A DNA stretch of 64,000 bases from Burkholderiales bacterium (GCA_031401195.1 JANNRI010000109.1:933-64932); one strand, 5' to 3'. Positions 19,796 through 31,221 are shown, counted from the stretch's first letter. A program made the numbers and translations. The notes: generated by a model from the letters alone, not told the origin.

Positions 19796-20440
19796 TCAGG
19801 CGACGCGGGGCCGCTCGGCGAGCACGGCCTCGCGCGCGCGCTCGAGGAAGTCGCGCTTGTCCTCGCCCGGCTGCAGCGTGATCGGCGCGCCGAAGGTCAC
19901 CGTGCACAAGATGGGCACGGGCACCACCTCGCCCTTGGGCATGACGCGCTGCACGTTGTCGATCCACGCCGGCACCAGCGGCACCTGCGGGAACTGCTCG
20001 GCGAGATGGAAGAGCCCGCTCTTGAACGGCATCGGATCACCCTTGGCGCTGCGCGTGCCCTCGGGAAAGATGACCAGCGAGTCACCCGCCTTCAGCGCTT
20101 CGACCAGAGGCTCCAGCGGGTCTTCGTCAGCCGTGCCCGGCGCGTCGGCGCCCTTGGTGCGTGTGCGCGCGACGTAGACGGCATTAAAAACCTGGCTCGT
20201 GAGCCACTGCTTGAAGGGCGTCTTGGTCCAGTAGTCGCGCGCGGCGATCGGCCTCGTGGTGGCGCGCAAGTCGTGCGGCAGCGCCGCCCAGATCAGCACC
20301 CAGTCGAGGTGGCTCTGGTGGTTGGCGAAATAGATGCGCTGCTCGGCCTTGGGGGCGCAGCCACGCCAATGCCCCTGGGCACCGGTGATGAGCCGCGCGA
20401 TGAACGCGAGCAGCAGGCCCATGAGGGCGGCCGAAGACAT
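19796..20440 (-). CDS. PlsC-family lysophospholipid acyltransferase
   Basis: NHQSHLD, IFPEGTR, FKSG motifs. Confidence 0.9.
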   Translation of the reverse strand: MSSAALMGLLLAFIARLITGAQGHWRGCAPKAEQRIYFANHQSHLDWVLIWAALPHDLRATTRPIAARDYWTKTPFKQWLTSQVFNAVYVARTRTKGADAPGTADEDPLEPLVEALKAGDSLVIFPEGTRSAKGDPMPFKSGLFHLAEQFPQVPLVPAWIDNVQRVMPKGEVVPVPILCTVTFGAPITLQPGEDKRDFLERAREAVLAERPRVA

Positions 20441-20603
20441 GGCGCCGATGCTAGTTCACCGCGACAGGCGGCCCGGGGCGCGATGGCTCAGTCGAACTGC
20501 AGGGCCACGGGCCACGGGCCACGGGCATGGGCATGGGCATGGACATGGGCAGGGGTGCGGGAACGGTCACGGGAAGCGGCTCGCCCGAGGACTCGCGTAC
20601 AGA

Positions 20604-21494
20604 CTAACCTGCAACCTGGAGCGCGGCCCGGTGAGCGCCCCTGTGCGCAGCCTCGTCCAGAGACTGCTCTGGCGTGCCGCCGGCCGCCGCGGCCGGCCAA
20701 CGCCTGAGCGTGCGCTGCCCTGCGGTGGGCATGCCTTCCCACAGGCAGCCCATGCGGTGGCTGCCACGGCCCAATGCGGTGATGTACTGGACACGGGCAT
20801 CGGTGAAGACGATGTGTCGGTCGTCCAGCTCCAGTTCGACACGGCGGATGCAGCTGCCCGGCAGCGGCGGCGACATGCGTGCAGGCAGCAGCACCGCCGC
20901 GCCCTGCTCGCTGATATCCATCACTGTGAACTCGCGCGTGCTCACGAGTTGGTTGCTGTGATGGAAGCGCGCCAACGGGGCGCAGTTCGGCGCCCGCTCA
21001 AGGCGGGGCTCGCGGCGGCGCGAGGTGCGGTAGATGTCTCGCGGCCAGTGGGCGCGAATGCGGAACCCTGCGCCGCTGCCCGGGCCCGAGCGTTCCCGGG
21101 TGGCGCTGGTGGCACTGGTGGCGCTCGCGGCCATCAGTATGAACTGCACGCGCAGGTTGTGCAGCCGCGCCGCCGCCCACACAGGGCGTCCCTGAAGCGC
21201 ACGCGCGATGGCGATGCCATCATCGTCGCTCGCGAGCACGAGCTGCTGCTGCATCACGTCCACAAGCTGCAACGTCGCCAGCACGCCTCGCTCGCCGGTG
21301 CTCCCCACGTGCAGCACGCGGGCGGTGTCGCACAACTCCCTCAGCACCTCGGTGTGCAGGGCGCCCTCGTCGTCGGGGCGCGAGACGCGCCAGCCGCTGC
21401 CTTCGAGGGGGTCTTCGATGTCGACGATCGGCGAATGCAGCGGTGTCATGGGCCGAAGGCCGGCCGCGAAGGCGGCCTGCGGAAGCGGATGCAT
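20604..21494 (-). CDS. YcgR-like PilZ-domain c-di-GMP effector (flagellar brake)
   Basis: RRREPR (RxxxR) and DISEQG (DxSxxG) PilZ motifs; start uncertain. Confidence 0.72.
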   Translation of the reverse strand: MHPLPQAAFAAGLRPMTPLHSPIVDIEDPLEGSGWRVSRPDDEGALHTEVLRELCDTARVLHVGSTGERGVLATLQLVDVMQQQLVLASDDDGIAIARALQGRPVWAAARLHNLRVQFILMAASATSATSATRERSGPGSGAGFRIRAHWPRDIYRTSRRREPRLERAPNCAPLARFHHSNQLVSTREFTVMDISEQGAAVLLPARMSPPLPGSCIRRVELELDDRHIVFTDARVQYITALGRGSHRMGCLWEGMPTAGQRTLRRWPAAAAGGTPEQSLDEAAHRGAHRAALQVAG

Positions 21495-21560
21495 CCTGTA
21501 TCGGCTTCGGCCGCGGCGCCTTGAGCCGGCGCTGAATTTCGGCCCGCCGCGGCTCGTATC

Positions 21561-21608
21561 AGTGCCTGCTTAGTGCCTGCTTAGTGCCTGCTCAGTGCCT
21601 GCTCAGTG
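21561..21608. repeat. 11-bp tandem repeat x4 at purH stop
   Basis: AGTGCCTGCT(T/C) x4 plus a partial unit. Confidence 0.9.
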
Positions 21609-23219
21609 TCTGAAGTGCCGCGTACCGGTGAACACCATCGCCACGCCGCGCTCGTCGGCCGCGGCGATGACCTCGTCGTCGCGCAGGCTGCCACCAGGCT
21701 GGATGACACAGGCCGCTCCGTTGTCGACCACCACGTCGAAGCCGTCGCGGAAGGGGAAGAAGGCGTCACTCGCCACTGCCGAACCCGCCAGCGTGAGGCC
21801 GGCGCTGGCCGCCTTGATGGAGGCGATGCGCGCGCTGTCCACACGGCTCATCTGGCCAGCACCGATGCCCAGCGTCATGCCGCCCGCAGCGTAGACGATG
21901 GCATTGCTCTTCACGAACTTGGCCACCTTCCACCCGAACAGCAAGTCGGCCAGCTGTGCCGGTGTCGGCGAGAGCTTCGTCACCACGCGCAACTCGGCGG
22001 CGGCGACGTTCCTGGCATCGTACGACTGCACCAGCAACCCGCCGCCCACGCGCTTGAAATCGAGCGCTTGGGTGGCCGGCGCACCGCGCGGGGGCAGCGG
22101 CACTTCCAGCAAGCGCAAGTTGGCCTTGCCGGCGAAAAAGGCGCGTGCTTCGGGCGCATAACCCGGCGCGATGAGCACCTCGACAAACTGCCTGCTCGCC
22201 TGCATCGCCTCGGCAGTGGCCGCATCCACCGGGCGGTTGAAGGCGACGATGCCGCCGAAGGCCGAAGTGGGGTCGGTCTTCCAGGCCATGCGGTAGGCCT
22301 CGGCCAGGCTGGCACCGACAGCCACGCCGCACGGGTTGGCATGCTTGACGATGACGCACGCGGCGCCGGCCGGCCCGGTTTCATCGAAGCTCTTCACGCA
22401 CTCCCAGGCCGCGTCGGCGTCAGCGATGTTGTTGAAGCTGAGGGCCTTGCCCTGGTGCTGGTTCCAGCCCGAGAGCGAGCCGGCTGCGGGGGCGGCCTCG
22501 CGGTAGAAGGCGGCGCTCTGATGCGGGTTCTCGCCGTAGCGCATGTCCTGTGTCTTGTTCAGCTGCAACGAGAGCACGGCCGGGTAGGCCTCGCGCTCGG
22601 GCACGCTGCCGGCGCTGTCTTCGGCTCCGGGAGCCAGCGCGGTGAGGTAGTTGGTGATCATGCCGTCGTAGGCGGCGGTGTGTGCGAACACCTTCTGCGC
22701 CAGGCGAAAGCGCGTCGAGCGCAGCAAGGCGCCGGCGCGCACCTCGGCCAGCACACCGGCGTAGTCGGCCGGATCGACGAGTACCCCGACATGGGCCCAG
22801 TTCTTGGCCGCGGCGCGCAGCATCGCCGGGCCGCCAATGTCGATGTTCTCGATCGCCTCGTCCAGCGTGCAGCCTGCGCGCGCGGTGGCCTGTGCAAACG
22901 GGTACAGGTTGACCACCAGCAAGTCGATGGTGCCGATGCCGTGCTGCGCCAACGCCGCCATGTGCTCGGGCAGGTCGCGCCGGGCCAGCAGGCCGCCGTG
23001 GATGCGGGGGTGCAGTGTCTTCACGCGGCCGTCGAGCATCTCCGGGAAGCCGGTGACCTCCGACACCTCCGTCACGGGCAGGCCGGCATCGTCCAGCATT
23101 CGTGCGGTGCCGCCGGTGGAGAGCAGCCGCACACCGCTGTCGTGCAACGAACGGGCGAACTCGACGACACCGGTCTTGTCGGACACGGAGAGCAGCACGG
23201 TACGCGGTTGGATGGGCAC
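21603..23219 (-). CDS. purH: Bifunctional AICAR transformylase/IMP cyclohydrolase
   Basis: [53 protein letters not shown]. Confidence 0.98.
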   Translation of the reverse strand: MPIQPRTVLLSVSDKTGVVEFARSLHDSGVRLLSTGGTARMLDDAGLPVTEVSEVTGFPEMLDGRVKTLHPRIHGGLLARRDLPEHMAALAQHGIGTIDLLVVNLYPFAQATARAGCTLDEAIENIDIGGPAMLRAAAKNWAHVGVLVDPADYAGVLAEVRAGALLRSTRFRLAQKVFAHTAAYDGMITNYLTALAPGAEDSAGSVPEREAYPAVLSLQLNKTQDMRYGENPHQSAAFYREAAPAAGSLSGWNQHQGKALSFNNIADADAAWECVKSFDETGPAGAACVIVKHANPCGVAVGASLAEAYRMAWKTDPTSAFGGIVAFNRPVDAATAEAMQASRQFVEVLIAPGYAPEARAFFAGKANLRLLEVPLPPRGAPATQALDFKRVGGGLLVQSYDARNVAAAELRVVTKLSPTPAQLADLLFGWKVAKFVKSNAIVYAAGGMTLGIGAGQMSRVDSARIASIKAASAGLTLAGSAVASDAFFPFRDGFDVVVDNGAACVIQPGGSLRDDEVIAAADERGVAMVFTGTRHFRH

Positions 23220-23253
23220 GGTGGTGAGCCTTTTCCGAGGGCTGCCTTGTCGG

Positions 23254-23490
23254 CTACTTGACCAGGCGATGGCCCTGCAGCTTGCGGCGCAGCGTGTTGC
23301 GGTTGATGCCCAGCCAATCGGCGGCGCGGCTCTGGTTGCCCTCGGTATGGCGCAGCACCACGTCCAGCAGCGGGCGCTCGGCAGCCGCCATGAACAGGTC
23401 GTGCAGCCGATCGGGTTCGGCGCCGCGCAGGTCGCTCAGATACTCTTCGACGCTGGCGCGCACGATCGCGTCAATGGCCTTGCGGGTCAT
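23254..23490 (-). CDS. fis: Fis-family DNA-binding protein
   Basis: [21 protein letters not shown]; between dusB and purH. Confidence 0.92.
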   Translation of the reverse strand: MTRKAIDAIVRASVEEYLSDLRGAEPDRLHDLFMAAAERPLLDVVLRHTEGNQSRAADWLGINRNTLRRKLQGHRLVK

Positions 23491-23536
23491 GAGATGCCTC
23501 CAGGTTCTTCTTTGGCCGTCTTCGCCGTCTTCGCCA

Positions 23537-24709
23537 TCAGGCCGCGGTGGGCCAGCGGGTCGACGCGGCTTCGTCGTTGGCCGCCACCGCATCATCGGGC
23601 GGCGCAGCCGACGGATCGGATTCGGCGGACTCGGCGGATTCAGCGTGTTCAGCGTGTTCAGCGTGTTCAGCGCGCCCAACGCGCCCAACGCGTCCGGCGT
23701 GCGCCTGAGGCAAGAGCGCATGGCGCTCGGCCAGTCCCTGGAAATAGCGTGTCACCGCCTCCAGCTGCGCCTCGCAGGATTCAATCAGGTTCATCGTGCG
23801 GCGGAATGCTTCGCCGCCGGGCAGCGCTTGCACGGCCCAGCCGATGTGCTTGCGCGCGCTGCGCACCCCGGTGAATTCGCCATACAGCGCATAGTGGTCA
23901 TGCAGGTGCTCGACCAGCCAGTGCTGCACTTCGAGCGTGGCCGGCGGCGGCGGGCACACGCCGTGCTTCTGCAGGTGCAACAGGTCGCGAAAGATCCACG
24001 GCCGCCCCATCGCGGCGCGGCCGATCATCACCGCATCGGCACCAGTCGTTCGCAGCACCTCGAGCGCGCGCTGCGGCGAGTGAATGTCGCCATTGGCGAC
24101 GACGGGGATCGCGAGCGCGGCCTTGATGGCAGCCACGGTGTGATGTTCGGCGACACCGCCGTAACCCATCTCGCGCGTGCGGCCGTGCACGGTGACCATC
24201 GCCACGCCGGCCGCCTCGGCCGCGCGCGCCAGGGCCAATGCGTTGCGGCCCCCGGCGCTGCGGTCGCTCCAGCCGGTGCGCATCTTCAGCGTCACGGGCA
24301 CGCCGAGCGGCGCGCAGGCCGCGACCACGGCCTCGACGATGGCGATGGCCAGCGGTTCGTCGCGCATGAGCGCCGAGCCAGCCCAGCGGTTGCACACTTT
24401 CTTGGCCGGGCAGCCCATGTTGATGTCGATGATCTGCGCGCCGCGGTCGACGTTGTAGCGCGCGGCGTCGGCCATCTCGAGCGCATCCACGCCGGCGATC
24501 TGCACCGCGATCGGCCCCGGCTCGCCTTCGTGGTCGGCACGGCGCGAGGTCTTCAGCGAGTGCCACAGCTCGCGCTTGCTCGTCACCATCTCGCTCACCG
24601 CGTGGCCGGCACCGAGCCGGCGGCACAGCAAACGAAAGGGCCTGTCCGTCACTCCGGCCATGGGGGCGACGAAGAACGGATTGGACAGCGTGATGGAACC
24701 AATGCGCAT
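23537..24709 (-). CDS. dusB: tRNA-dihydrouridine synthase B
   Basis: APMAGVTDRPFR, IDINMGCPAKKV, HGRTR, ANGDI, VMIGRAAMGRPW. Confidence 0.95.
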   Translation of the reverse strand: MRIGSITLSNPFFVAPMAGVTDRPFRLLCRRLGAGHAVSEMVTSKRELWHSLKTSRRADHEGEPGPIAVQIAGVDALEMADAARYNVDRGAQIIDINMGCPAKKVCNRWAGSALMRDEPLAIAIVEAVVAACAPLGVPVTLKMRTGWSDRSAGGRNALALARAAEAAGVAMVTVHGRTREMGYGGVAEHHTVAAIKAALAIPVVANGDIHSPQRALEVLRTTGADAVMIGRAAMGRPWIFRDLLHLQKHGVCPPPPATLEVQHWLVEHLHDHYALYGEFTGVRSARKHIGWAVQALPGGEAFRRTMNLIESCEAQLEAVTRYFQGLAERHALLPQAHAGRVGRVGRAEHAEHAEHAESAESAESDPSAAPPDDAVAANDEAASTRWPTAA

Positions 24710-24938
24710 CGAGGCAGCGTTCTGGGTCGTGCGGGCCAGGGGCGTGGCCACGGGCAAGGGCACGAACGAAGGGTTGGTGTGGATTGGGCAGCACGCACAG
24801 CGCCAACGTCCCGGGCCGGGTGCTCAAAAAAGAGGCGCAAGTATAGCGGCCGCCGAGGTGGGCCGGCGCGCCGGCGCACTTGGGAAGGGGCTGCGGCGAA
24901 CCGCCGATCGCGGCAGCGGGCTGCCCATAATCCCCACC

Positions 24939-25433
24939 ATGGAGGCTTGGCTGTACTCGCTGATGTCGACACTGGCCGTGCCCCAGGTGGGTCTGGTAGC
25001 CGTGTTCATCGTCTCGCTGATCTCGGCCACGCTGCTGCCGATGGCCAGCGTGCCCGCCGTATTTGGCCTCGTCAAGCTCAACCCGGATCTCTTCTGGCCG
25101 GCCGTGCTGGTGGCCAGCGTGGGCAACACCGCCGGCGGCGCCATCAGCTACTGGATGGGCTATGCCGCCGAACGCGCCTACGACAAGCTCACGCACAACA
25201 GCAAAGGCGGCAAGCTCGACGCGCGGGCGCTGAAATGGCTCGAGCGCTTCGGCCCGCCGGCCTGCCTGCTCGCGTGGCTGCCCTTCGTGGGCGATCCGCT
25301 GTGCGCGGTGGCCGGCTGGCTGCGGCTGCCGTTCTGGCCCTGCGTGGGCTACATGGCCATCGGCAAGTTCCTGCGCTACGTGGTCTACGTCGGCGGTTTG
25401 TACTTGGCATCCCCGGGGCCGCTGAACCTCTGA
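24939..25433 (+). CDS. YqaA/DedA-family membrane protein
   Basis: ISATLLP, GNTAGG...YWMG, AWLPFVGDPLCAVAGWLR, GKFLRY. Confidence 0.88.
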   Translation: MEAWLYSLMSTLAVPQVGLVAVFIVSLISATLLPMASVPAVFGLVKLNPDLFWPAVLVASVGNTAGGAISYWMGYAAERAYDKLTHNSKGGKLDARALKWLERFGPPACLLAWLPFVGDPLCAVAGWLRLPFWPCVGYMAIGKFLRYVVYVGGLYLASPGPLNL

Positions 25434-25488
25434 ACTTGCAGACCTTGCAGGTGGCGCGGCATGGTGCTGCCGGGCCAGAATATTCACC

Positions 25489-26973
25489 ATGAGCACACCC
25501 GCCTACGACGCGCTGGCCACCAACTGGACGCGCATGCATCACTTCAGCCACCTGCAGTCCATCGCCGGCTGGGACCAGGCGGCCAACATGCCACCCAAGG
25601 GCGTGGAGGCGCGTGCCGCGGCCATGGCCGAGATGGCGGCCTTGCTGCACCGCATGCGCACCGATCCACAACTGCCCGACCAGCTGGCGCGCGCCGATCA
25701 GGAGCCGCTGTCGTTGCCGCAGCGCGCCAACCTGCGCGAGATGCGGCGCGAGTGGCGGCTGTCCAATGCCATTCCCGAATCTCTGGTGCAGCGCCAGCAA
25801 CTGGCCACCAGCCGCTGCGAACACGCCTGGCGCAAGCAGCGCCCGACCAACGACTGGAAGGGCTTCCTCGCCAACTTTCACGAGGTGCTGGCCATCGGCC
25901 GCGAGGAAGCCGCCCTGCTGTCGGCCGAGACGGGCCTGACGAAGTACGACGCGATGATGGACCGCTTCGAGCCGGGCATGACCTCGGCGCGGCTGGACGA
26001 CATCTTCGGCGACGTGAGGCAATGGCTGCCCGGCCTCGTGCAGCGTGTGATGGCGCGCCAGCGCGACGAGAAGGTCATCCAGCCGCGGGGCCCCTTTGCG
26101 CTGGCCAAGCAGCGTGCGCTGTGTGACCAGGCGATGCGCCTGCTCGGCTTCGACTTCGAGGCCGGCCGCCTCGATGTGAGTACACACCCGTTCTGCGGCG
26201 GCGTACCCGAGGACGTGCGCATGACCACGCGCTTCCGCGAGGACGAATTCCTCGGCAGCCTGATGGGCACCGTGCACGAAACCGGCCACGGCCGCTATGA
26301 ACAAAACCTGCCTCGAGACTGGCTCGGCCAGCCGCTGGCCAACGCGCGATCGATGGCGCTGCACGAGAGCCAGAGCCTGAGCTTCGAGATGCAGTTGGGC
26401 TCGCACCCGGGATTCGTGCGCCACCTCGCGCCGCTGGTGGCGGCGGCTCTCGGCCCGCAGGCGGCGTTCGAGCCCGCGAACCTGTACCGGCTGATGACGC
26501 GCGTGAAGCCGGGGCTCATCCGTGTCGATGCCGACGAGGTGACTTACGCCGCGCACATCATCCTGCGCTACGAGATCGAGCGTCCGCTGGTCGAAGGCGA
26601 TATCGAGCCCGAGGACATCCCGGCGCTGTGGAACGCAAAGATGATGGAGTTGCTGGGGCAGGACACGCGCAACAACTACAAAGACGGCCCGATGCAGGAC
26701 GTGCATTGGCCCGAGGCGCTGTTCGGCTACTTCCCCTGCTACTCACTGGGCGCGATGTACGCCGCGCAATGGTTCAATGCGATGCGTCGCGCCATGCCCG
26801 ATCTCGACGAGCGCTTGCAACGCGGCGAGTTCGGCGCCGTGTTCGACTGGCTGCGCGAGAACATCTGGCACCAGGCCAGCCGCTGGAGCACCGACGAACT
26901 GGCGCTGCGCGCGAGCGGCGAGGTGCTCAATCCGGCGCACTTTCGGGCGCACCTGGAGTCCAGGTACCTCTAA
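25489..26973 (+). CDS. Carboxypeptidase M32 (Taq-like)
   Basis: HPFC, HETGH, HESQS, IRVDADE, GYFPCY. Confidence 0.95.
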   Translation: MSTPAYDALATNWTRMHHFSHLQSIAGWDQAANMPPKGVEARAAAMAEMAALLHRMRTDPQLPDQLARADQEPLSLPQRANLREMRREWRLSNAIPESLVQRQQLATSRCEHAWRKQRPTNDWKGFLANFHEVLAIGREEAALLSAETGLTKYDAMMDRFEPGMTSARLDDIFGDVRQWLPGLVQRVMARQRDEKVIQPRGPFALAKQRALCDQAMRLLGFDFEAGRLDVSTHPFCGGVPEDVRMTTRFREDEFLGSLMGTVHETGHGRYEQNLPRDWLGQPLANARSMALHESQSLSFEMQLGSHPGFVRHLAPLVAAALGPQAAFEPANLYRLMTRVKPGLIRVDADEVTYAAHIILRYEIERPLVEGDIEPEDIPALWNAKMMELLGQDTRNNYKDGPMQDVHWPEALFGYFPCYSLGAMYAAQWFNAMRRAMPDLDERLQRGEFGAVFDWLRENIWHQASRWSTDELALRASGEVLNPAHFRAHLESRYL

Positions 26974-27012
26974 GCCGCGCAGTCAGCGCAGTCAGCGCAG
27001 TCAGCGCAGAGA

Positions 27013-27471
27013 CTATGTGCCGCGCGCTTCGTTCAGCGCGTTCATGAAGTCGCTCTCGCTGCCTTCGGTGATGACCACCGTGCTTTGAGGGTCGTGCGCA
27101 GAGAGTTGGTGCGTGCGCGACTCGCGGGCGAGATGGCGAAGGGTGCGCTGCACCAACGCCAGCAGGTCCTGAATGCAGCCATCGGCGGGGTCCAGCGGCA
27201 ACACGCGCAATTGCGTCTGCATCTTGGCCAGGCCTTGTTGCGAGACGCTCTGCACGAAGCCCGTGCCGTGTTCGGCCAGACCCACCTCCAGCGCCCCCAG
27301 ATGAGGCAGCCCGGCGCGCGAATGCGGCACCTGGTCGAGTAGCGCCTTCAACGAGCGCTGCATGAGGCGCCCCCGGCTCAACTCGGCCGGGGTGGCCGGC
27401 GCTGCGCCGATGTAAGACTGCGGCACGGTGGCGGCGAAGTCGGGGCGGGCGGGGGTGGCGGCAGCGGACAT
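27013..27471 (-). CDS. Hypothetical protein
   Basis: ATG-start ORF of plausible composition; no motif recognised. Confidence 0.6.
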   Translation of the reverse strand: MSAAATPARPDFAATVPQSYIGAAPATPAELSRGRLMQRSLKALLDQVPHSRAGLPHLGALEVGLAEHGTGFVQSVSQQGLAKMQTQLRVLPLDPADGCIQDLLALVQRTLRHLARESRTHQLSAHDPQSTVVITEGSESDFMNALNEARGT

Positions 27472-27589
27472 GGTCTACGAGATAGGTTACCCCGGATATC
27501 GGCCGCCACCAGAGCCGCTTGAGGCCCTGCGGCCGTGACCTCTGGCGCGCCCGACGGTGCGCGCTGCGCTGCCGGCTGCCGGGCCGCGG

Positions 27590-28114
27590 TCAGGTCGGAG
27601 TCTTGCGGGTGCGCGCCGGCGACTTTGCGACGGCCTTCTTGGCAACCCCAGGGGCCACCTTGCCCGCCTTCCCCAGCCTGGCCACCGCGGCGGCGAGCTC
27701 GTCGAGGCGGGCGCTCAGCGCCTGCACATCCTTGGCGGTGGGCACGCCCAGCTTGCTCATCGCCTTGGCGGTGCGCTGCTCGAAGATGGCTTCGAGCTTG
27801 TCCCAGTTCTGTCCGGCCTTGGAGGTGACGGTGCCTGCCATGGCGCTCATCTTGCCCGTGACCTCGGCGATCTTGTCTTCGGCGATGTCTTGCGTCTTCT
27901 TCTGCAGGCTCACGCCTTCCTTGACCAGGGCCTCGAAGACCTTTCCGCCTTCCTCCTGTGCCTTGGAGAACGCCCCCATGCCGGCCAGCCAGATCTGCTG
28001 GGCCGAGTCCTTGACCGAAGCAGCGAGCTTTTGGGTGTTCATGCCGCCCTTGGCGCCACCGCCGACCGGGGCGGACTTGTCAGTGGCAGCGGACTTGGAG
28101 ATTTTCTTGACCAT
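27590..28114 (-). CDS. Phasin / polyhydroxyalkanoate granule-associated protein (PhaF/PhaI-like)
   Basis: SAQQIWLAGMGAF, GKVFEALVKEG, WDKLEAIFEQR, LGVPT. Confidence 0.88.
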   Translation of the reverse strand: MVKKISKSAATDKSAPVGGGAKGGMNTQKLAASVKDSAQQIWLAGMGAFSKAQEEGGKVFEALVKEGVSLQKKTQDIAEDKIAEVTGKMSAMAGTVTSKAGQNWDKLEAIFEQRTAKAMSKLGVPTAKDVQALSARLDELAAAVARLGKAGKVAPGVAKKAVAKSPARTRKTPT

Positions 28115-28324
28115 GGGGCTTCCTCGGAGGGTTGCGGTTGCGGTTGCGGTTGCGGTTGCTGGTGCTCGTGCTCGTGCGACCGTGCGCGGCGAATATAGGG
28201 TTCACCCGCGTCAGACGCAGCCTGATTGTCTAGTGAGTGCGCTCTATCCTTGCCCCGGGAAATCCGCCCCGTGGCCACCGCGCCCGTCCACACCAATCCA
28301 CACCCGTCTGTCAGGAGAACCGCG

Positions 28325-30343
28325 ATGCATTATTTCGTCACCGGCGCCACCGGTTTTATCGGCAAGCGCCTGGTCAAGACGCTGTTGGCCCGCCGCGGCA
28401 CCACGGTGTCGTTCCTCCTGCGCGCCGGCAGCGAGGGCAAGGTGGCCGACCTGCTCGAGTACTGGGGCCTGAACGGCTCGGCGAAGTCGCGTGCGATCCC
28501 GGTGGCCGGTGACCTCACAGCGAGGAAGTTGGGCATCGCGGCCGAGACCATGAAGGCGATGAAGGGGCAGATCGACGCGGTCTACCACCTGGCAGCCGTC
28601 TACGACCTCAAGGCCGACGCGGAAAGCCAGGTGCAGGTGAACGTGGAGGGCACACGCAACGTGGTCGAGTTCGCCAAGGCCGTGGACGCGGGGCACCTGC
28701 ACCATGTGAGCAGCATCGCGGCCACAGGCCTCTATGAAGGCGTGTTCCGCGAGGACATGTTCGAGGAGGCCGAGAACCTCGAGCACCCGTACTTCATGAC
28801 CAAGCACGAGAGCGAGAAGATCGTGCGTAAGGAGTCCAAGGTGCCGTGGACGGTGTACCGCCCGGCGCTCGTCGTGGGCGATAGCAAAACGGGCGAGATG
28901 GACAAGATCGACGGCCCGAACTACTTCTTCAAGGTCATCCAGCGCATGCGGCAGATCCTGCCGCCGTGGTTCCCGGCCATCGGTCTGGAGGGCGGACGCA
29001 TCAACATCGTGCCGGTGGATTTCGTGGTCGCGTGCATCGACCACATCAGTCACCTGAAAGCCAACCAGGCCAGCAAGTGTTATCACCTCGTCGACCCCAT
29101 GGGCTACCGCGTCGGCGACGTGCTCGACATCTTCAGCCGCGCCGCGCACGCGCCGAAGATGAACCTCTTCGTCAATGCGGCTCTCTTCGGCTTCGTGCCC
29201 AAGAGCGTGAAGAAGGGAATGATGGCGCTGGCCCCGGTGCGCCGCATCCGCAACGCGGTGGTGAAGGACCTCGGCCTGCCCGAGGACATGTTCACCTTCG
29301 TCAACTACCCCACCCGCTTCGACCGCCGCGAGCTCGACGCAGCGTTGAAGGGCAGCGGCATCGAATGCCCCAACCTGCGCGACTACGCGTCGGTGCTTTG
29401 GGACTACTGGGAGCGGCACCTCGACCCGGACCTGTTCAAGGACCGCAGCCTCAAGGGCGCGGTGGCCGGCAAGGTGGTGCTGGTCACCGGCGGCAGTTCG
29501 GGCATCGGGCTTTCGACGAGCATGAAGTTCGCCGAGGCCGGCGCCATCACCCTTATCTGTGCGCGTGACGAGAGCAAGCTGGCCGAGGCGGTGAAGGAGA
29601 TCGTCGCCTTCGCGCGCGAGAAGGGCAATCCCAACCCGCAGGTGCACAGCTACCCGGTGGACGTGGCCAACCCCGAGAGCTGCGCCGAGTTCGTCAAGCT
29701 GCTCGAGGAGAAACACGGCGGCGTCGACTTCCTCATCAACAACGCCGGGCGCAGCATCCGGCGCGCCATCGAGAGCAGCTACGACCGCTTCCACGATTTC
29801 GAGCGCACGATGCAGCTCAACTACTTTGGTGCGCTGCGCATCACCATGGGTCTGCTGCCGGGCATGGTGGCCAAGAAGAAGGGGCACGTGGTCAACATCA
29901 GCAGCATCAGCGTGTTGGTCAATGCGCCGCGCTTCTCGGCCTACGTCGCCAGCAAGGCGGCGCTGGATGCCTGGACGGCCTGCGCCAGCAGCGAGTTCGC
30001 CGACACCGGCGTCACTTTCACCACCGTGAACATGCCGCTGGTGCGCACGCCGATGACGGCGCCGACCAAGATCTACGAGAGCATGCCGCTGCTCGACCCC
30101 GAGGACGCCGCGGCGATGGTGACCGACGCCTGCATCAACAAGCCGGTGCGCGTGGCCACACGGCTGGGCACCTTCGGCGCCGTGCTGTACGCGCTGGCGC
30201 CACGTGTGACGCAGATCGTCATGAACACCACCTTCCGCATGTTCCCCGACAGCGCCGCGGCGCGCGGCGAGAAGGCACCGAAGGCGGCACTGTCGCCGGA
30301 GGCCATCGCGATGTCGCAGATGATGCGGGGGATCCACTTTTGA
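28325..30343 (+). CDS. Two-domain SDR fatty acyl-CoA reductase
   Basis: VTGATGFIG extended SDR plus second SDR (TGGSSGIG, NNAGRS, YVASK); CAGGAG RBS. Confidence 0.85.
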   Translation: MHYFVTGATGFIGKRLVKTLLARRGTTVSFLLRAGSEGKVADLLEYWGLNGSAKSRAIPVAGDLTARKLGIAAETMKAMKGQIDAVYHLAAVYDLKADAESQVQVNVEGTRNVVEFAKAVDAGHLHHVSSIAATGLYEGVFREDMFEEAENLEHPYFMTKHESEKIVRKESKVPWTVYRPALVVGDSKTGEMDKIDGPNYFFKVIQRMRQILPPWFPAIGLEGGRINIVPVDFVVACIDHISHLKANQASKCYHLVDPMGYRVGDVLDIFSRAAHAPKMNLFVNAALFGFVPKSVKKGMMALAPVRRIRNAVVKDLGLPEDMFTFVNYPTRFDRRELDAALKGSGIECPNLRDYASVLWDYWERHLDPDLFKDRSLKGAVAGKVVLVTGGSSGIGLSTSMKFAEAGAITLICARDESKLAEAVKEIVAFAREKGNPNPQVHSYPVDVANPESCAEFVKLLEEKHGGVDFLINNAGRSIRRAIESSYDRFHDFERTMQLNYFGALRITMGLLPGMVAKKKGHVVNISSISVLVNAPRFSAYVASKAALDAWTACASSEFADTGVTFTTVNMPLVRTPMTAPTKIYESMPLLDPEDAAAMVTDACINKPVRVATRLGTFGAVLYALAPRVTQIVMNTTFRMFPDSAAARGEKAPKAALSPEAIAMSQMMRGIHF

Positions 30344-30441
30344 GCAGGTCCTGCGCGTTGCGCGCGAGGCCCTGCTCGCTGCGCCATCGACCCGACGGCT
30401 GGCGCCGCGGGTTATGGCGCGAGGGTGTGGCTGGGGGGTGG

Positions 30442-31221
30442 ATGAATCGCTGCTGCGGGGTTCTGCTTGCCCTTGCCTGGGTGGGGGCGGCCGGGCCGGC
30501 ATGTGCGCAACAGGCTTTGCGACCCATCTCGACGCTGGGCGTGTTTTCACTGCTCGGCGACGGCATCGAGGTCACGATCGCCGCCACACCCACCGATACG
30601 CGAGTCCAAGGCGCCCGGCGCGAGACCCTCGAGTACCGCAACATTGGCTTCGACATCATCGCCGGGCGCGAAGTGCGCGCAGCCGCGGGCAAGCTGCGGC
30701 CGGGCATCGCGGTGATTCCTTTCGGCACCAACACCACGCTACCGGCCGCCGAGCAGCGGCACATCGCTGCGGGCGCGCGCGATGGCGCGCTGCCGGGGTG
30801 GATCCTGCAGGCGGTGCGCGATCGGCGCTTGTCGCACGTGCTGCTGCTCACGCGCCAGCGCGGCGAGGTGAGGCTGCTCACCGGCGATGGCAGCACCATC
30901 GGAAGCGGCCGCGGGCGCGTCGATGGCCTCGGCTTCTACCTCGATGCCGAGTACAAGGTGCGCGACCCGAATACCGGCGCCGTCTCCAACGGCGCGCTCG
31001 GCCCGCACGTGCTCCTCGAACTCACGCTGATGGACACCGACAGCGCCAAGGTCGTGCGCAGCCACACCATCGACGAGCAGTTCCTGCTCGGCGCGATGGA
31101 GTCGACGGGAAAAGTCGACCCATGGTCCTACCTCAGCGCCGAGCAGAAAGTGACCCTGCTGCGCGAGGCGCTCGCGCGCTCGCTGCAACGCGTACTGCCC
31201 GATCTCTTGAAGGGTCTGTAG
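30442..31221 (+). CDS. Hypothetical secreted protein
   Basis: Signal-peptide-like N-terminus; start uncertain. Confidence 0.65.
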   Translation: MNRCCGVLLALAWVGAAGPACAQQALRPISTLGVFSLLGDGIEVTIAATPTDTRVQGARRETLEYRNIGFDIIAGREVRAAAGKLRPGIAVIPFGTNTTLPAAEQRHIAAGARDGALPGWILQAVRDRRLSHVLLLTRQRGEVRLLTGDGSTIGSGRGRVDGLGFYLDAEYKVRDPNTGAVSNGALGPHVLLELTLMDTDSAKVVRSHTIDEQFLLGAMESTGKVDPWSYLSAEQKVTLLREALARSLQRVLPDLLKGL

